Shown piece by piece: positions 15,074-24,914 of a stretch of 43,444 nucleotides of DNA. Positions within the stretch are counted from its first letter, which is position 1; every line of letters begins with the position of its first letter. The position numbers were made by a program, and so were the translations under genes. Origin of the DNA: an uncultured Pseudomonadales bacterium (GTDB taxonomy: Bacteria > Patescibacteriota > Microgenomatia > UBA1400 > UBA12028). Where the stretch lies: assembly GCA_964574065.1 (NCBI GenBank), contig CAZNKS010000001.1:1-43444 (forward strand), in the 5' to 3' direction. The notes under the pieces were generated by a model, which had not been told where the DNA came from, did not search any database, and saw nothing but the letters and a program-made list of their open reading frames with translations.

Positions 15074-16381
15074 CTATCGCTGATACAACTGGGGAATTGA
15101 ATTTTCAAATAGAACGATTGATGAAGGCGCAAAACGGGAGGAAATGAGATTCATGCCTTCAATTTCATTGGCTGCCTCATAGATATCATCTTCTTTCATT
15201 CCACCACGACGCAATCCTTTTCGAAGGCTATCGGTATTTACACCCTTCATAATGAGACAGACATCGGCTACTTTCGCGATACGTTCTCCGAGTTTTTCAT
15301 TCTCTTCTTCTTGTTTTGATCCCAGCTCCACAAATCCAGGAGTACACACAATTTTGACACTTCCTTCCAGTTGTTTCAGCACCGCAAGAGTTTCTTTGGA
15401 GCTTTGAGGGTTGGCGTTATACCCGTTATCCAACAGCAGGATGTTATTTTCAAGTAGAGTTGGTTCTAGCCTGTGTGGGACAAATGGAAGAGAAGAAAGC
15501 GCTGTTTTGATCTGTTCAACTGTCATTCCCATTTTTTGTCCCAATAGAATTGCAGGCAACGTGTTTTCCGCATTATGACGACCAAACAGCGGAATAAAGA
15601 ATTCTCCATCTATTCCCTTTACCTGAAATTCTGTACCAGCACGCGACACGTGCACGTTGTCCAGGAAAGATGGTGAATAGAGCTCTGCCTCTTTGATCTT
15701 TTGGTGCGCAAGAGACTCTTCATTTCTTTCATGAACAAAGACGTGTGCCTTTGAATATCTGGCTGCATCAAAAATTTCTGTTTCAATTTCGTCTGCATTG
15801 GAAAACCGTTCGAGATGAGCAATCGTAATCGGCGTGATAATGACAGCAGAAGGATGCACAAATTGGGTCATTTGCTGAATATCCCCTCGATCGTATTCAC
15901 CCATTTCAACAATAAACACCTTGTGGGTTGGGTTGAGTTGAAATAGTATTTCTCGAGCAATGCCTATCGACCTATTTATATTTCCGGGAGTCATGTGCGT
16001 TGGAAAAGAAGTTGCAAGGACATGATGCAGGATATGCTTTGTGGAAGTTTTAGCGTAGCTTCCACAGACAGCCACCACGTATAGTCCCCTTTGTTGTAGG
16101 TATCGTAGTTTGATCCGAGCCACAGAAATAATCATCCAGGTGATGAAAGCTTGAGGGAAAGAAAGCAACTGTATTCCCAGATGCAATGCAGCATCAATAC
16201 CAATCAGAGCTGAGAATATTCGTGCAAAGGCCTTAAGAATCTGTAGTTTAAGCGTAAGCTGTTTTGGTTGAATTTCATCGGTATAGTCTGTGTGTGTGCT
16301 TCTCCATTCAAGGTACTGTCGCCATTCATACTCACCTTGTTGCAAAATTGCTAATCGAGTTATCAAAGGTATCTTATTCAT
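15074..16381 (-). CDS. murF: Mur ligase family protein, MurF-like (UDP-MurNAc-tripeptide--D-Ala-D-Ala ligase)
   Basis: P-loop-like VAVCGSYAKTSTKH. MurF-type HRLE and LLDNGYNANPQS (compare DDxYNANP). The N-terminal ~110 aa is atypical and hydrophobic. Confidence 0.6.
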   Translation of the reverse strand: MNKIPLITRLAILQQGEYEWRQYLEWRSTHTDYTDEIQPKQLTLKLQILKAFARIFSALIGIDAALHLGIQLLSFPQAFITWMIISVARIKLRYLQQRGLYVVAVCGSYAKTSTKHILHHVLATSFPTHMTPGNINRSIGIAREILFQLNPTHKVFIVEMGEYDRGDIQQMTQFVHPSAVIITPITIAHLERFSNADEIETEIFDAARYSKAHVFVHERNEESLAHQKIKEAELYSPSFLDNVHVSRAGTEFQVKGIDGEFFIPLFGRHNAENTLPAILLGQKMGMTVEQIKTALSSLPFVPHRLEPTLLENNILLLDNGYNANPQSSKETLAVLKQLEGSVKIVCTPGFVELGSKQEEENEKLGERIAKVADVCLIMKGVNTDSLRKGLRRGGMKEDDIYEAANEIEGMNLISSRFAPSSIVLFENSIPQLYQR

Positions 16382-16389
16382 ACATTCTT

Positions 16390-17160
16390 TTATTCTTGCA
16401 AAAATGAGAGCATATCTTGTCCTACAGGTATAGGCATTTCATGGTGCGGAAAATGTCCGGTGGCATACGATTTCAATTGATTCAAGGGGATGAGTGTGTG
16501 CATTGATTCTCCTTGCCATAGAGGAGTTGAGGTGTCATGTTTCCCCCATACAAGGAGTGTTTTTGCAGATATTTTTGCTAATCGCTCAGTCAGATCTTCT
16601 TTTAAAATAATCCGTAGGGTTTGCTTTTGAAACTCATTTGCAACCACATAGTCACTATCTACACCAAAGCTGCTGTATACCTTTCCTCGTATTTTGGTTG
16701 AAAGTTTTCCTTTTAGAAAGGCTGGCGTCATAGTAGCTAAAGCTGTGAGAAGTTTTTGTTTTGAAGACAGGACTGCGGGAATTCCAGAAGAATCCATCAG
16801 AATTAATTTTTGAAAAACGATGGTTGAAGCTTGTGATTGATTCCAGAGAAGAATTTTCCCCCCATAGGAATGTCCCACTGCAGAGGAAAGGCTGTCTCCA
16901 ATAACAGGATTTTTGCAGAGGTCATCAAGCCAGAGGCTGTGATCTTGTGTAGACCATCCACTGGTCGGAGTTTCTGTTTTCCCACACCCCGGGAGTTCTG
17001 GTAGGATCAGTGTGAAGTGATCAGATAAGAAAGGAATTACAGGAAGCCAAGATTCCCAGGTATTTGCCCACCCATGAAGCATTAACAACTTAGGGCCTTT
17101 TCCTATAACTTCAACATTAGTCTGGAGTCCCGCTGCTTGAAGAACTGGCATGGCATCCAT
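16390..17160 (-). CDS. Alpha/beta-fold hydrolase
   Basis: LLMLHGW oxyanion region, nucleophile elbow GHSYGG, and a C-terminal GHFPHHE His region. Confidence 0.75.
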   Translation of the reverse strand: MDAMPVLQAAGLQTNVEVIGKGPKLLMLHGWANTWESWLPVIPFLSDHFTLILPELPGCGKTETPTSGWSTQDHSLWLDDLCKNPVIGDSLSSAVGHSYGGKILLWNQSQASTIVFQKLILMDSSGIPAVLSSKQKLLTALATMTPAFLKGKLSTKIRGKVYSSFGVDSDYVVANEFQKQTLRIILKEDLTERLAKISAKTLLVWGKHDTSTPLWQGESMHTLIPLNQLKSYATGHFPHHEMPIPVGQDMLSFLQE

Positions 17161-17175
17161 TATACTCTGTAATCT

Positions 17176-17793
17176 ATGAAGAAAACGATTCTACTTTCAC
17201 TCCTTGCAGCTTCCTTTTTCCTTACTGGTTGTGCTCCACAAGAAACGTCTGCTCCTACTCCGACGTCTGACATAGAGATGCATAATGCATCACCTAAGCC
17301 TAGTGAAGCTCCAGTGGTTTCACCGGCAGCAAGTCCTCTATCATCAACAAAACCAAACACAAAAGGAGAAAAAATGTCAGTCGCAACCATTGATACAACC
17401 AAAGGGAAAATTCAAATCGAATTAGATAGTACTCGTGCTCCCGGCACCGTTTCAAATTTTGTGAGTAAATCAAAATCAAATTACTATAAGGGTCTTACCT
17501 TTCATCGTGTCGAAGATTGGGTAGTTCAAGGTGGAGATCCAAGAGGCAATGGTACTGGGGGTGGAGATATGCCTACAGAACTTTCTGATGGACAATTTGT
17601 CGAAGGCGCAGTTGGTGTGGCTCGAGCCGGAAATATCAAAATTAGTAATGATTCTCAATTCTTCATCTGTACCAAGGACTGTACATTCCTAAACGGAGCA
17701 TATACGTACTTTGGAAAAGTAACTTCCGGTATGGATGTCGTCAAGAAAATGGAAATTGGAGACAAGATTAACGGAATAACGGTTCAAGAATAA
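17176..17793 (+). CDS. ppiB: Cyclophilin-type peptidyl-prolyl cis-trans isomerase, lipoprotein
   Basis: Lipobox LLAASFFLTGC. Cyclophilin core FHRVEDWVVQGGDPRGNGTGG. Confidence 0.85.
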   Translation: MKKTILLSLLAASFFLTGCAPQETSAPTPTSDIEMHNASPKPSEAPVVSPAASPLSSTKPNTKGEKMSVATIDTTKGKIQIELDSTRAPGTVSNFVSKSKSNYYKGLTFHRVEDWVVQGGDPRGNGTGGGDMPTELSDGQFVEGAVGVARAGNIKISNDSQFFICTKDCTFLNGAYTYFGKVTSGMDVVKKMEIGDKINGITVQE

Positions 17794-17839
17794 AGCTTGG
17801 GCTTTAAAAACGATTTGATTTTGCATACGATAGGTAGAC

Positions 17840-18604
17840 ATGGTTTTACTCATCCTTCTTCCGATATTCATCATGATCTGCGTGTTGTACCTGTACCGTT
17901 TCAGTGGACGCAAAGAGTTTTTGCGCTTTGACCTAGTCCAGTTCATCTTTGCGTTCTTTGTGTATCCGGTAGCCTATATCTGGATGAAGCAGTTTTTGTA
18001 TATTCTGCTCCGTGAAGAAATTGGTGTCTTATTTAGTATTGGACAGTGGATCACAATTGATACCATCTTTACAATTTTCTTCTTGTATTTTTACGCATTT
18101 GGAATTATCCACTCACTCACCAAAAGCTTCAATCTGAAGGTCAACCGAGATCCTTTTTTTGACGTTTTTGAGCAATCGGAGTACTTCCATCAATTCATCA
18201 CACACGTAGGAATGTACGTGGCGGGATTTATTCTCTTTGTTATCTTCGGTGTTATTAATTCTTTCTTTCCCTTCGACATAGTCATACAAAAAAATCCTTT
18301 TTACACCATCCTAGGTAGCGCCATCGCAGCTGGGATGCTTTGTTACATCGGAGCATTTATTTCAACCGACAAGGGAATGGGGTATCAAAAGTATAAACGC
18401 ATCATGAAGCTTACATTTGGCATGAGTTTTGCAATTCTTGCAATTACATACTTCGTTCAGAAACCTGCGTTTAACTTACAATTTGCGATGTATTGGTTTG
18501 CAATAACTCTTTTTACGACGCTCATCGCCTCAATGTTTATTTTTAATCCGACCAGAAAATTTGGGAAGCTACTTCGAACTCTCCCGCTACAAGGTACGGA
18601 CTAG
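17840..18604 (+). CDS. Hypothetical polytopic membrane protein
   Basis: 254 aa with about 7 hydrophobic segments. I recognise no family. Confidence 0.5.
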   Translation: MVLLILLPIFIMICVLYLYRFSGRKEFLRFDLVQFIFAFFVYPVAYIWMKQFLYILLREEIGVLFSIGQWITIDTIFTIFFLYFYAFGIIHSLTKSFNLKVNRDPFFDVFEQSEYFHQFITHVGMYVAGFILFVIFGVINSFFPFDIVIQKNPFYTILGSAIAAGMLCYIGAFISTDKGMGYQKYKRIMKLTFGMSFAILAITYFVQKPAFNLQFAMYWFAITLFTTLIASMFIFNPTRKFGKLLRTLPLQGTD

Positions 18605-18987
18605 TTTCTAACTTCTCGAGCGTCTTTTAGACGAAGATCAAAATCAATTGGCGGGAATGGAATAGATTGCTTATCAGGATCACCTTGTTCTGCACGATCA
18701 AGCATAGGATTGATCTCTTGTTCCAACTCATTGGTTGAAGGAGTTGGTAGCACAGTAGGAAGTGGTGTTGGCTTCTTTTCTTGACCACTACCAGAGTGTT
18801 GGGTAGCAAAATACCCTATAAATCCTACTACAGAGAGAACTATGAAAAGAATCAGGACAAATAAAAGAGGGGATGGCTTTTTTACCTCACGGTTTTCTTG
18901 TGGTGCCTGTGGTTGCACTGGACTTGGAGCAGTTACGAACTGCTGTTCTGTGGTAAAGTCAGTTTGATTTTTTAGTTCGTCACTCAT
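18601..18987 (-). CDS. Hypothetical single-pass membrane protein
   Basis: 128 aa with TM segment LLFVLILFIVLSVVGFIGYF. Its start overlaps the upstream stop (ATGA at 18984-18987). Confidence 0.5.
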   Translation of the reverse strand: MSDELKNQTDFTTEQQFVTAPSPVQPQAPQENREVKKPSPLLFVLILFIVLSVVGFIGYFATQHSGSGQEKKPTPLPTVLPTPSTNELEQEINPMLDRAEQGDPDKQSIPFPPIDFDLRLKDAREVRN

Positions 18988-19781
18988 TGAGATAATTCCT
19001 TCGCAAAAGATATCCCTTGTAATAGTTTTATATATCCTTTTGATAGAGTTTCTGATATTTCGCTCCCTTTTGTCTCTGTTGTCGATCTCGTACTGTACTC
19101 TTCATAGAGTGCATTTGCGCCGATTAGGGAATCAGCAACAGCTGTAAGGGTACGCTCTAGTTCATCAATTCCCCGACGCTTTTCTACCCTTCTTGTTTCA
19201 CTGATAGGAGCAAATTGTACCCAATTTTTAATTCGTTCTTTGGCTTGGGTTACTTCATCTAGAGACTCTTGCATGCGTCCAATCTTGATTAACGATTGTG
19301 CCAGATCTACCAGCTTTAAATAGTCCTTTTGTCTTTGAGAGAACCAGAGTGCTTCCTCATCAACTTTGAGTCGATCAGTTGCGATATCTACTCTGGTTCT
19401 ATGCGTCTTGAGTTCATCCATGGTAAGTGTCAGGCGTCCGAGTATCTCATTTCGTCGTTGCACATCAATAGTCTGCCTATTCGATAGTGCCTGTGAAAGC
19501 ATGTTCAGGTATATCAAGGTTACGTCGACACGAGTCAAAAAAAGGTCTCTCCCAATCCGCACTGCCTCTTCCTGGGAAGCCAAGGTTTTGAGGTTATAGT
19601 ATTGCTGGACCGAAACAGTGTAGAGTTCCCGTTTGGTTCTATACACCTCCAATAGATTGCGATATTGCCCCTCCAAAACAGGATATTCTGGACCAAAAAC
19701 GCTCTCTGATTGCGCCAATACCACTCGAGGAGATATGGCAAGTAAAAGACCGGTAATAATCAAGAAAGCGAGAGTTTTCAC
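18984..19781 (-). CDS. Hypothetical secreted helical protein
   Basis: GTG start. Signal peptide MKTLAFLIITGLLLAISPRVVLAQ, then helical or coiled sequence. It forms an operon with 18601..18987. Confidence 0.5.
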   Translation of the reverse strand: MKTLAFLIITGLLLAISPRVVLAQSESVFGPEYPVLEGQYRNLLEVYRTKRELYTVSVQQYYNLKTLASQEEAVRIGRDLFLTRVDVTLIYLNMLSQALSNRQTIDVQRRNEILGRLTLTMDELKTHRTRVDIATDRLKVDEEALWFSQRQKDYLKLVDLAQSLIKIGRMQESLDEVTQAKERIKNWVQFAPISETRRVEKRRGIDELERTLTAVADSLIGANALYEEYSTRSTTETKGSEISETLSKGYIKLLQGISFAKELSQ

Positions 19782-19984
19782 ACCACTTAGTGTAGCAAAA
19801 ATGGTATACTACACATAGAGCCAGTATAGATTTCACCTTTTGGTGATAGTAACTATACCGGTATCAAGTATTAGTTTTTGTGTGCTTTCTACAGCATAAG
19901 TGTTGTTCCTGCTTCGTGATTTGTTGCAGTGAGATGCTCCATGATGTGAAAAGCTTTGACCATTTTGAAAGGTGGTGAACACAC

Positions 19985-20335
19985 ATGGACACCTCAACAC
20001 AACAAGCAAACCCTGCAAAACTTTTTGTAGGCAATTTGAATTTTGCAGTTACCTCAGATCAGCTTCGTGAGAAATTCTCAGCCTTTGGAACAGTCGTAGA
20101 CGCAATCGTTTTAACCGACAAGTTTTCTGGCCGCTCAAAAGGATTTGGATTTGTTACTTTCGAAACAGCCGAAGCAGCGAATGAAGCAGTTTCAGCTCTG
20201 AATGAATCTGAATGGGAAGGACGAAGAATGTTGGTTAACGTCGCAAGACCACCAGCACCTCGCTCTGACCGAGGCGGATTTCGAGGCGGAAACGGAGGCG
20301 GAGGACGTAGGCCTTTTCGTCGCGATGACCGATAA
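19985..20335 (+). CDS. RRM-type RNA-binding protein with a C-terminal RGG tail
   Basis: RNP-2 KLFVGNL and RNP-1 KGFGFVTF. C-terminal tail RGGFRGGNGGGGRRPFRR. SD-like AGGTGGTGA lies upstream. Confidence 0.85.
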   Translation: MDTSTQQANPAKLFVGNLNFAVTSDQLREKFSAFGTVVDAIVLTDKFSGRSKGFGFVTFETAEAANEAVSALNESEWEGRRMLVNVARPPAPRSDRGGFRGGNGGGGRRPFRRDDR

Positions 20336-20355
20336 AACTGTTTACAGTTGAAAGT

Positions 20356-20385
20356 AAAAAGCTCTCCTTTACCGGAGAGCTTTTT
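20356..20385 (+). terminator. Rho-independent terminator (bidirectional shape) after the RRM gene
   Basis: AAAAA-GCTCTCC-tttacc-GGAGAGC-TTTTT: a perfect 7-bp GC-rich stem, 6-nt loop and T5 tail. Confidence 0.8.
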
Positions 20386-20567
20386 CGTTCTAAAAGTAAT
20401 CTCCCTACTTAGCCGGTCCAAGTTTATATACTATTGCAATAAAGTTTTGACGTATATATAGGGATTTTCTCGCACCTACGGTTCTTGATTTTTTATTAAC
20501 CACAAGGTAGCGTATAGACATCGGTTTCTTATACATTCATGCACAGCACCTAAAAAGAAGGAGTGGT

Positions 20568-20843
20568 ATGACCAAGCTACAACTCGTTGGCATCGTTTCG
20601 AAACGTGCACATATGCCCAAGCGTGCAGCCGAAGATGCTGTAGAGGTGTTTTTAGAAGAAATATGTAGAGCGTTGCAAAAGGGTGATAAAGTGGTGCTTT
20701 CTGGTTTTGGAACCTTCACCTTAGGAAAAGTAAAGGACAAAGATGTTGTCCCCTTTGGGAAACAAAGTGGACGTATCACCATCAAGGGTCATAAAGTCGT
20801 AAATTTCCGACCTGGGAAACCTTTGAAGAAAATGGTCTGGTAA
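20568..20843 (+). CDS. hup: HU/IHF-family DNA-binding protein
   Basis: 91 aa with LSGFGTFTL...NFRPGKPLKK beta-arm motifs. Strong SD AAGGAGTGGT-ATG. Confidence 0.85.
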   Translation: MTKLQLVGIVSKRAHMPKRAAEDAVEVFLEEICRALQKGDKVVLSGFGTFTLGKVKDKDVVPFGKQSGRITIKGHKVVNFRPGKPLKKMVW

Positions 20844-20855
20844 ACCGTACGTCGT

Positions 20856-21308
20856 ATGAAATTTTTTCTGCTGGTTCTGCTCACCACAGGTGGAATTGTT
20901 GCCGCAACGTTTATGGTTCCGGGACTGAAAGAAAAAATTCCACGAATACCTCTCCCCACATCGATCTCACTGCCGAAAACACACTTATTGGATGCCCTGA
21001 CAAAAGCTCTTCCCAAAAAAACTGAAGAATCCCCCGATAAAAAAGAGAGCAGTCCCTCCGGATCTGTGCGAGGTATGCAAACGTCACAAGTCACACAGAA
21101 TCTACAGCAAGCTGGAAATGCGATCGGCAAGGTCGCTTCAGAAATCCTTACCACCTCTTCTGCATCTGGGGCGCCAATTGAAGTGAATTCAGTAGTTGGA
21201 CAAATATCAAAACAAGTTGAAAATATCCCCTCTCAAGTCTTACAGCAGGCAAAGGTTGAATACTGCAAGCAAGTTCTTATTCAAGATGGCTATAGTCTCA
21301 ACCGCTAG
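20856..21308 (+). CDS. Hypothetical membrane-anchored protein
   Basis: 150 aa with N-terminal TM segment MKFFLLVLLTTGGIVAATFMV. Confidence 0.45.
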   Translation: MKFFLLVLLTTGGIVAATFMVPGLKEKIPRIPLPTSISLPKTHLLDALTKALPKKTEESPDKKESSPSGSVRGMQTSQVTQNLQQAGNAIGKVASEILTTSSASGAPIEVNSVVGQISKQVENIPSQVLQQAKVEYCKQVLIQDGYSLNR

Positions 21309-21364
21309 ACGCCTGGGTTTAGAAAAAGTAAAATACATGGTATCTAGTCTATCAAGAAAAGCAC

Positions 21365-22861
21365 ATGTCTCCCCTAAAAAAGATTGTTCTTCGCCACCCA
21401 GTTAAAACCCAGCGGTTCTTAGAAATTCTCCCTGGGTTTGTCTCCTGGTCACTTATTTTGTTTCCGGTGTGGGGATCGTACGTGATTCCAGAATTCGTTG
21501 CTTATTACATCATTGCCTTCTCTGTGTACTGGCTCTATCGTTCTATCTCGATGGCAGTCCTCTCAGTCATTGCCCACTATCGGATTAAAGCCAGTATGCG
21601 CTATGACTGGATGGCTGATGCTGCTAAGGTTCCTCGCTGTGCAGATATTCATCACATCATTGTGATACCAACGTATAAAGAACCCGTTCATATTTTAGAG
21701 GAAACTCTTCAGAGTCTTTCTCAACAAACCTTTCCATTGAAAAACTTGCATATCATGTTGTCGTTTGAAGAACGTGAAGGTGATGCTGCCAAAGAAAAAG
21801 CTACAAACCTTCAAGAGAAATATCGTGACGTATTTGGAAACTTGTGGGCAACTCACCATCCAGACATTGAAGGTGAAGTTAAAGGAAAATCTTCCAATAC
21901 GGCTTGGGGTGCCCGACAGGCAAAGAAACACCTGGTTGATGAACAACACGTTCCGATTGAGAATGTAACTATCACGAGTGAGGATGCGGATGCGCGTTTC
22001 CACGAGTCATACTTTGCAGCCTTCACCTATTTATTCTGCACCAACAAGAAGCCATACAATCGTATCTGGCAAGGCAGTATCCGCTTCTATAACAACATTT
22101 GGAGAGTTCCGGTGCCGGTTCGAGTGCTGGCATCGATCTTTTCTGTCACACAAATGTTTATTCTCATGCGTCAAGATCGGTTGGTAAACTTCTCTACCTA
22201 CTCTACTTCCCTTCAGCTTATTGATTCTATCGGCTATTGGGATACGGATGTCATCCCAGAAGATTATCGTCTTTTTTTTAAGGCGTACTTTGCCCTCAAA
22301 GGAGATTTGGAAGTAGAGCCAATCTTTTTGCCGATAAATGCTGATGCCGCTGAAGCGCACAGTTTTTGGTCAACAATGATCAACCAGTATGAACAGATCA
22401 AACGCTGGGCCTGGGGTGTATCTGATGATGCCTATATCATCAAGCAATGGATTGTTGCGGATGGTGTTCCATTTTGGGATAAAACTATTCGTGTCATCAA
22501 AACCGTAGAGGATCATTTTCTTTGGCCGGTGAACTGGTTCGCCATTACCATCGGTGCACTTTTACCACCATTTTTAAATGAAGAATTTAACCGAAGTATT
22601 ATTGGAAAAACTTTACCACAAGTTACGTCTGCATTATTAACAATGTCTCTTATCTCCTTAGTTGTGATATTCATCATTGATGCTCAAGCCAGACCCGTAC
22701 GACCAAAAGAAATAGGAATTCTACGAAGAATTTTGCATCCGTTTGAGTTTCTTTTACTCCCGATCCTTGGACTCTTTTTCTCGGCTTTGCCAGGGCTTGA
22801 TGCACATACCCGACTTATGCTTGGAAAATATCTGGAATACCGCGTAACAGAAAAAGTATAA
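21365..22861 (+). CDS. Integral-membrane processive family-2 glycosyltransferase (synthase-type)
   Basis: N- and C-terminal TM segments flank a GT-A domain: IIVIPTYKEPVHILEETLQSL, TSEDADARF (DxD-like) and the QxxRW motif in YEQIKRWAWG. Confidence 0.7.
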   Translation: MSPLKKIVLRHPVKTQRFLEILPGFVSWSLILFPVWGSYVIPEFVAYYIIAFSVYWLYRSISMAVLSVIAHYRIKASMRYDWMADAAKVPRCADIHHIIVIPTYKEPVHILEETLQSLSQQTFPLKNLHIMLSFEEREGDAAKEKATNLQEKYRDVFGNLWATHHPDIEGEVKGKSSNTAWGARQAKKHLVDEQHVPIENVTITSEDADARFHESYFAAFTYLFCTNKKPYNRIWQGSIRFYNNIWRVPVPVRVLASIFSVTQMFILMRQDRLVNFSTYSTSLQLIDSIGYWDTDVIPEDYRLFFKAYFALKGDLEVEPIFLPINADAAEAHSFWSTMINQYEQIKRWAWGVSDDAYIIKQWIVADGVPFWDKTIRVIKTVEDHFLWPVNWFAITIGALLPPFLNEEFNRSIIGKTLPQVTSALLTMSLISLVVIFIIDAQARPVRPKEIGILRRILHPFEFLLLPILGLFFSALPGLDAHTRLMLGKYLEYRVTEKV

Positions 22862-22910
22862 AACGATCAGTTGTAGCAGTAGCGTGAAATTGCAGTGTAC
22901 ACTTATTCCT

Positions 22911-24548
22911 ATGAACGTTGAGCGAATCAAATCATTTCTCTTACGCCACGAATATTTGATTTGGGCAGTGTGTCTATGTGCTCTGCTTCGCTTGCCAAGC
23001 TTACTCGAACCCTATTGGTATGGGGATGAAGGCATCTATTTAACTCTGGGGCAAGGAATACGAAAAGGATTACAACTTTATCGAGATATTCACGACAACA
23101 AACCTCCAGTTGTGTATTTGCTTGCAGCAATTTCGGGATCGGTATTTTGGTACCGCATGCTTTTATTGCTCTGGAATACTGTAGCCATTGTGCTCTTTCA
23201 TCGACTAGCACAAAAGATTCTCGATCCTGTTCACACGAAAAAACCTTTCAAGCTAGCGGGAATAGAGTTTCCTCCTTTGTACCCATCGGTTTTCGCAACG
23301 TTCTTATTTGCAATTGTTCCTTTCTTTGCTGAAGGCAATATTGCGAATGGCGAGATTTTCATGATCATGCCCACCATTGGGGCCATGCTACTTTTAGTTA
23401 CAAAGTATTTTTCAAAGACGCAAAGAACACGCAGTTTCTGGGTGGATGCGGTGGCAGGCATTCTCTTTTCAATCGCCTTCCTTACAAAGGTTCCGTCGCT
23501 TTTTGATGCCGCTGCGGCAGGTGTTGTATTTTATGTCATCGCGTTTCTTGATGAAGCGCAGCTTTCAATTGCATCTTTTTTTCAAGCTGTTAAAAAGATT
23601 TTCTTGCACAAACCGACATATATTTTTATTTTCGCTTTCTTGCTGCCAATTCTTGCCACCATTGTGTACTATTCAGCTCTGGGAGTTGGAGAACAATATA
23701 TAAAAGCTGCGTTTGCACAAAATGTTGGCTATCTTTCATCCTGGAAAACGGGAACTCATGAAGCTAGCAAACTGTCCCAGTCTGGGCTGATGAATAGAGC
23801 TGTGATTGTAGCTGTAGCTACAATCTTTTTCGTTCTAGCTTCTCGCTTCTATTCAAAAAAAGCGGTTCTGCTATTTCTCTGGTTTGCCTACTCATTGTTT
23901 GGTGCTCTTCTATCGGAACGACCGTATCCGCACTATCTAATTCAAGTCATTCCACCGGCTGCTTTACTCGTTGTGTATGCATATACGAAAGGAAAAGAGT
24001 GGTTGAGTCAGCGAAGGCATACAGGTTCATTTGTATTGCTTGAGGGTACAACACTCGTTGTAATTGGAGTCTTTATTGCAAGTATTGTCATGGTGAAGTT
24101 CTGGTATTACCCGTTGCTTCCATACTATACAAACTATATTTCCTTTGTGACTGGACAAAAAACGAAAGAACAATACATTTCGTACTTTGATCCACGGATG
24201 CCACAGCTTTACGCAAGAGCTGAACAAATTCTTGCTCGTACAACTTCTACTGATTCAATTTTTATTTGGGGAGACTTGCCAACTCTCTATTCCTTGACTC
24301 GAAGGCTTCCTCCCGGTCGATATACAAGCAGTTATCACATTAAGGATTTCAATGGATTTGAAGAGACAATGCGAGCGATAGAAAAGAAGCAACCAAAATT
24401 GATTATCGTTGACTCTTTGTATGAGCCTCCTTTCCCTGAGTTGGCACAGACTCTTGATACAAAGTACATTCCTTTGTATAACAACTCATCGTTACTCATG
24501 TACCGGCTTCGAACCAGTAATGCTCCTTCAATGGGTACAAACGAGTAG
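22911..24548 (+). CDS. GT-C-fold membrane glycosyltransferase (ArnT/PMT, GT39/GT83-like)
   Basis: More than 10 TM segments. First-loop acidic motif EPYWYGDEGIYLTLGQ. Soluble C-terminal domain. The track start at 22884 is a GTG, and an ATG lies at 22911. Confidence 0.65.
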   Translation: MNVERIKSFLLRHEYLIWAVCLCALLRLPSLLEPYWYGDEGIYLTLGQGIRKGLQLYRDIHDNKPPVVYLLAAISGSVFWYRMLLLLWNTVAIVLFHRLAQKILDPVHTKKPFKLAGIEFPPLYPSVFATFLFAIVPFFAEGNIANGEIFMIMPTIGAMLLLVTKYFSKTQRTRSFWVDAVAGILFSIAFLTKVPSLFDAAAAGVVFYVIAFLDEAQLSIASFFQAVKKIFLHKPTYIFIFAFLLPILATIVYYSALGVGEQYIKAAFAQNVGYLSSWKTGTHEASKLSQSGLMNRAVIVAVATIFFVLASRFYSKKAVLLFLWFAYSLFGALLSERPYPHYLIQVIPPAALLVVYAYTKGKEWLSQRRHTGSFVLLEGTTLVVIGVFIASIVMVKFWYYPLLPYYTNYISFVTGQKTKEQYISYFDPRMPQLYARAEQILARTTSTDSIFIWGDLPTLYSLTRRLPPGRYTSSYHIKDFNGFEETMRAIEKKQPKLIIVDSLYEPPFPELAQTLDTKYIPLYNNSSLLMYRLRTSNAPSMGTNE

Positions 24549-24575
24549 CTGCTGATATACTTAGGCGTGAATGAT

Positions 24576-24914
24576 ATGAATGTTTCCTTGGAAAAACAAA
24601 AAAAATTACAGACAATTATTCCTTTTGCGATTAGTACTATATGTGCCGGAGCGAGCGTCTTTTTATACGCACTTGCGCCAGCACAAATTCCACTATGGTA
24701 CTCACTTGCAATTGCTGAACAACACCTCGTTGCGCGTGAATTTATTTTTCTCTTCCCTGCAGCGGCTTTTGGTGTGTCGCTTCTGCACACCCTTATATTG
24801 TCACGAACGACGATGTATGAGACTGAATTGAAAACCTTGTTATGGGGATTTACCTATGTACCATTATTTTTATTTATTACCGGAATGATTCATGCCGCGA
24901 TGGTTGTCCTATGA
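24576..24914 (+). CDS. Hypothetical small membrane protein (3-4 TM)
   Basis: Its stop overlaps the next start (ATGA at 24911-24914). Hydrophobic throughout. Confidence 0.45.
   Translation: MNVSLEKQKKLQTIIPFAISTICAGASVFLYALAPAQIPLWYSLAIAEQHLVAREFIFLFPAAAFGVSLLHTLILSRTTMYETELKTLLWGFTYVPLFLFITGMIHAAMVVL

Noticed and set aside
20336-20352. AACTGTTTACAGTT palindrome sharing ACTGTTTACA with the start of repeat copy 2
   Set aside because: It is a 10-nt match only, with no further similarity to the repeat. It lies between the RRM gene stop and its terminator and is likely coincidental.
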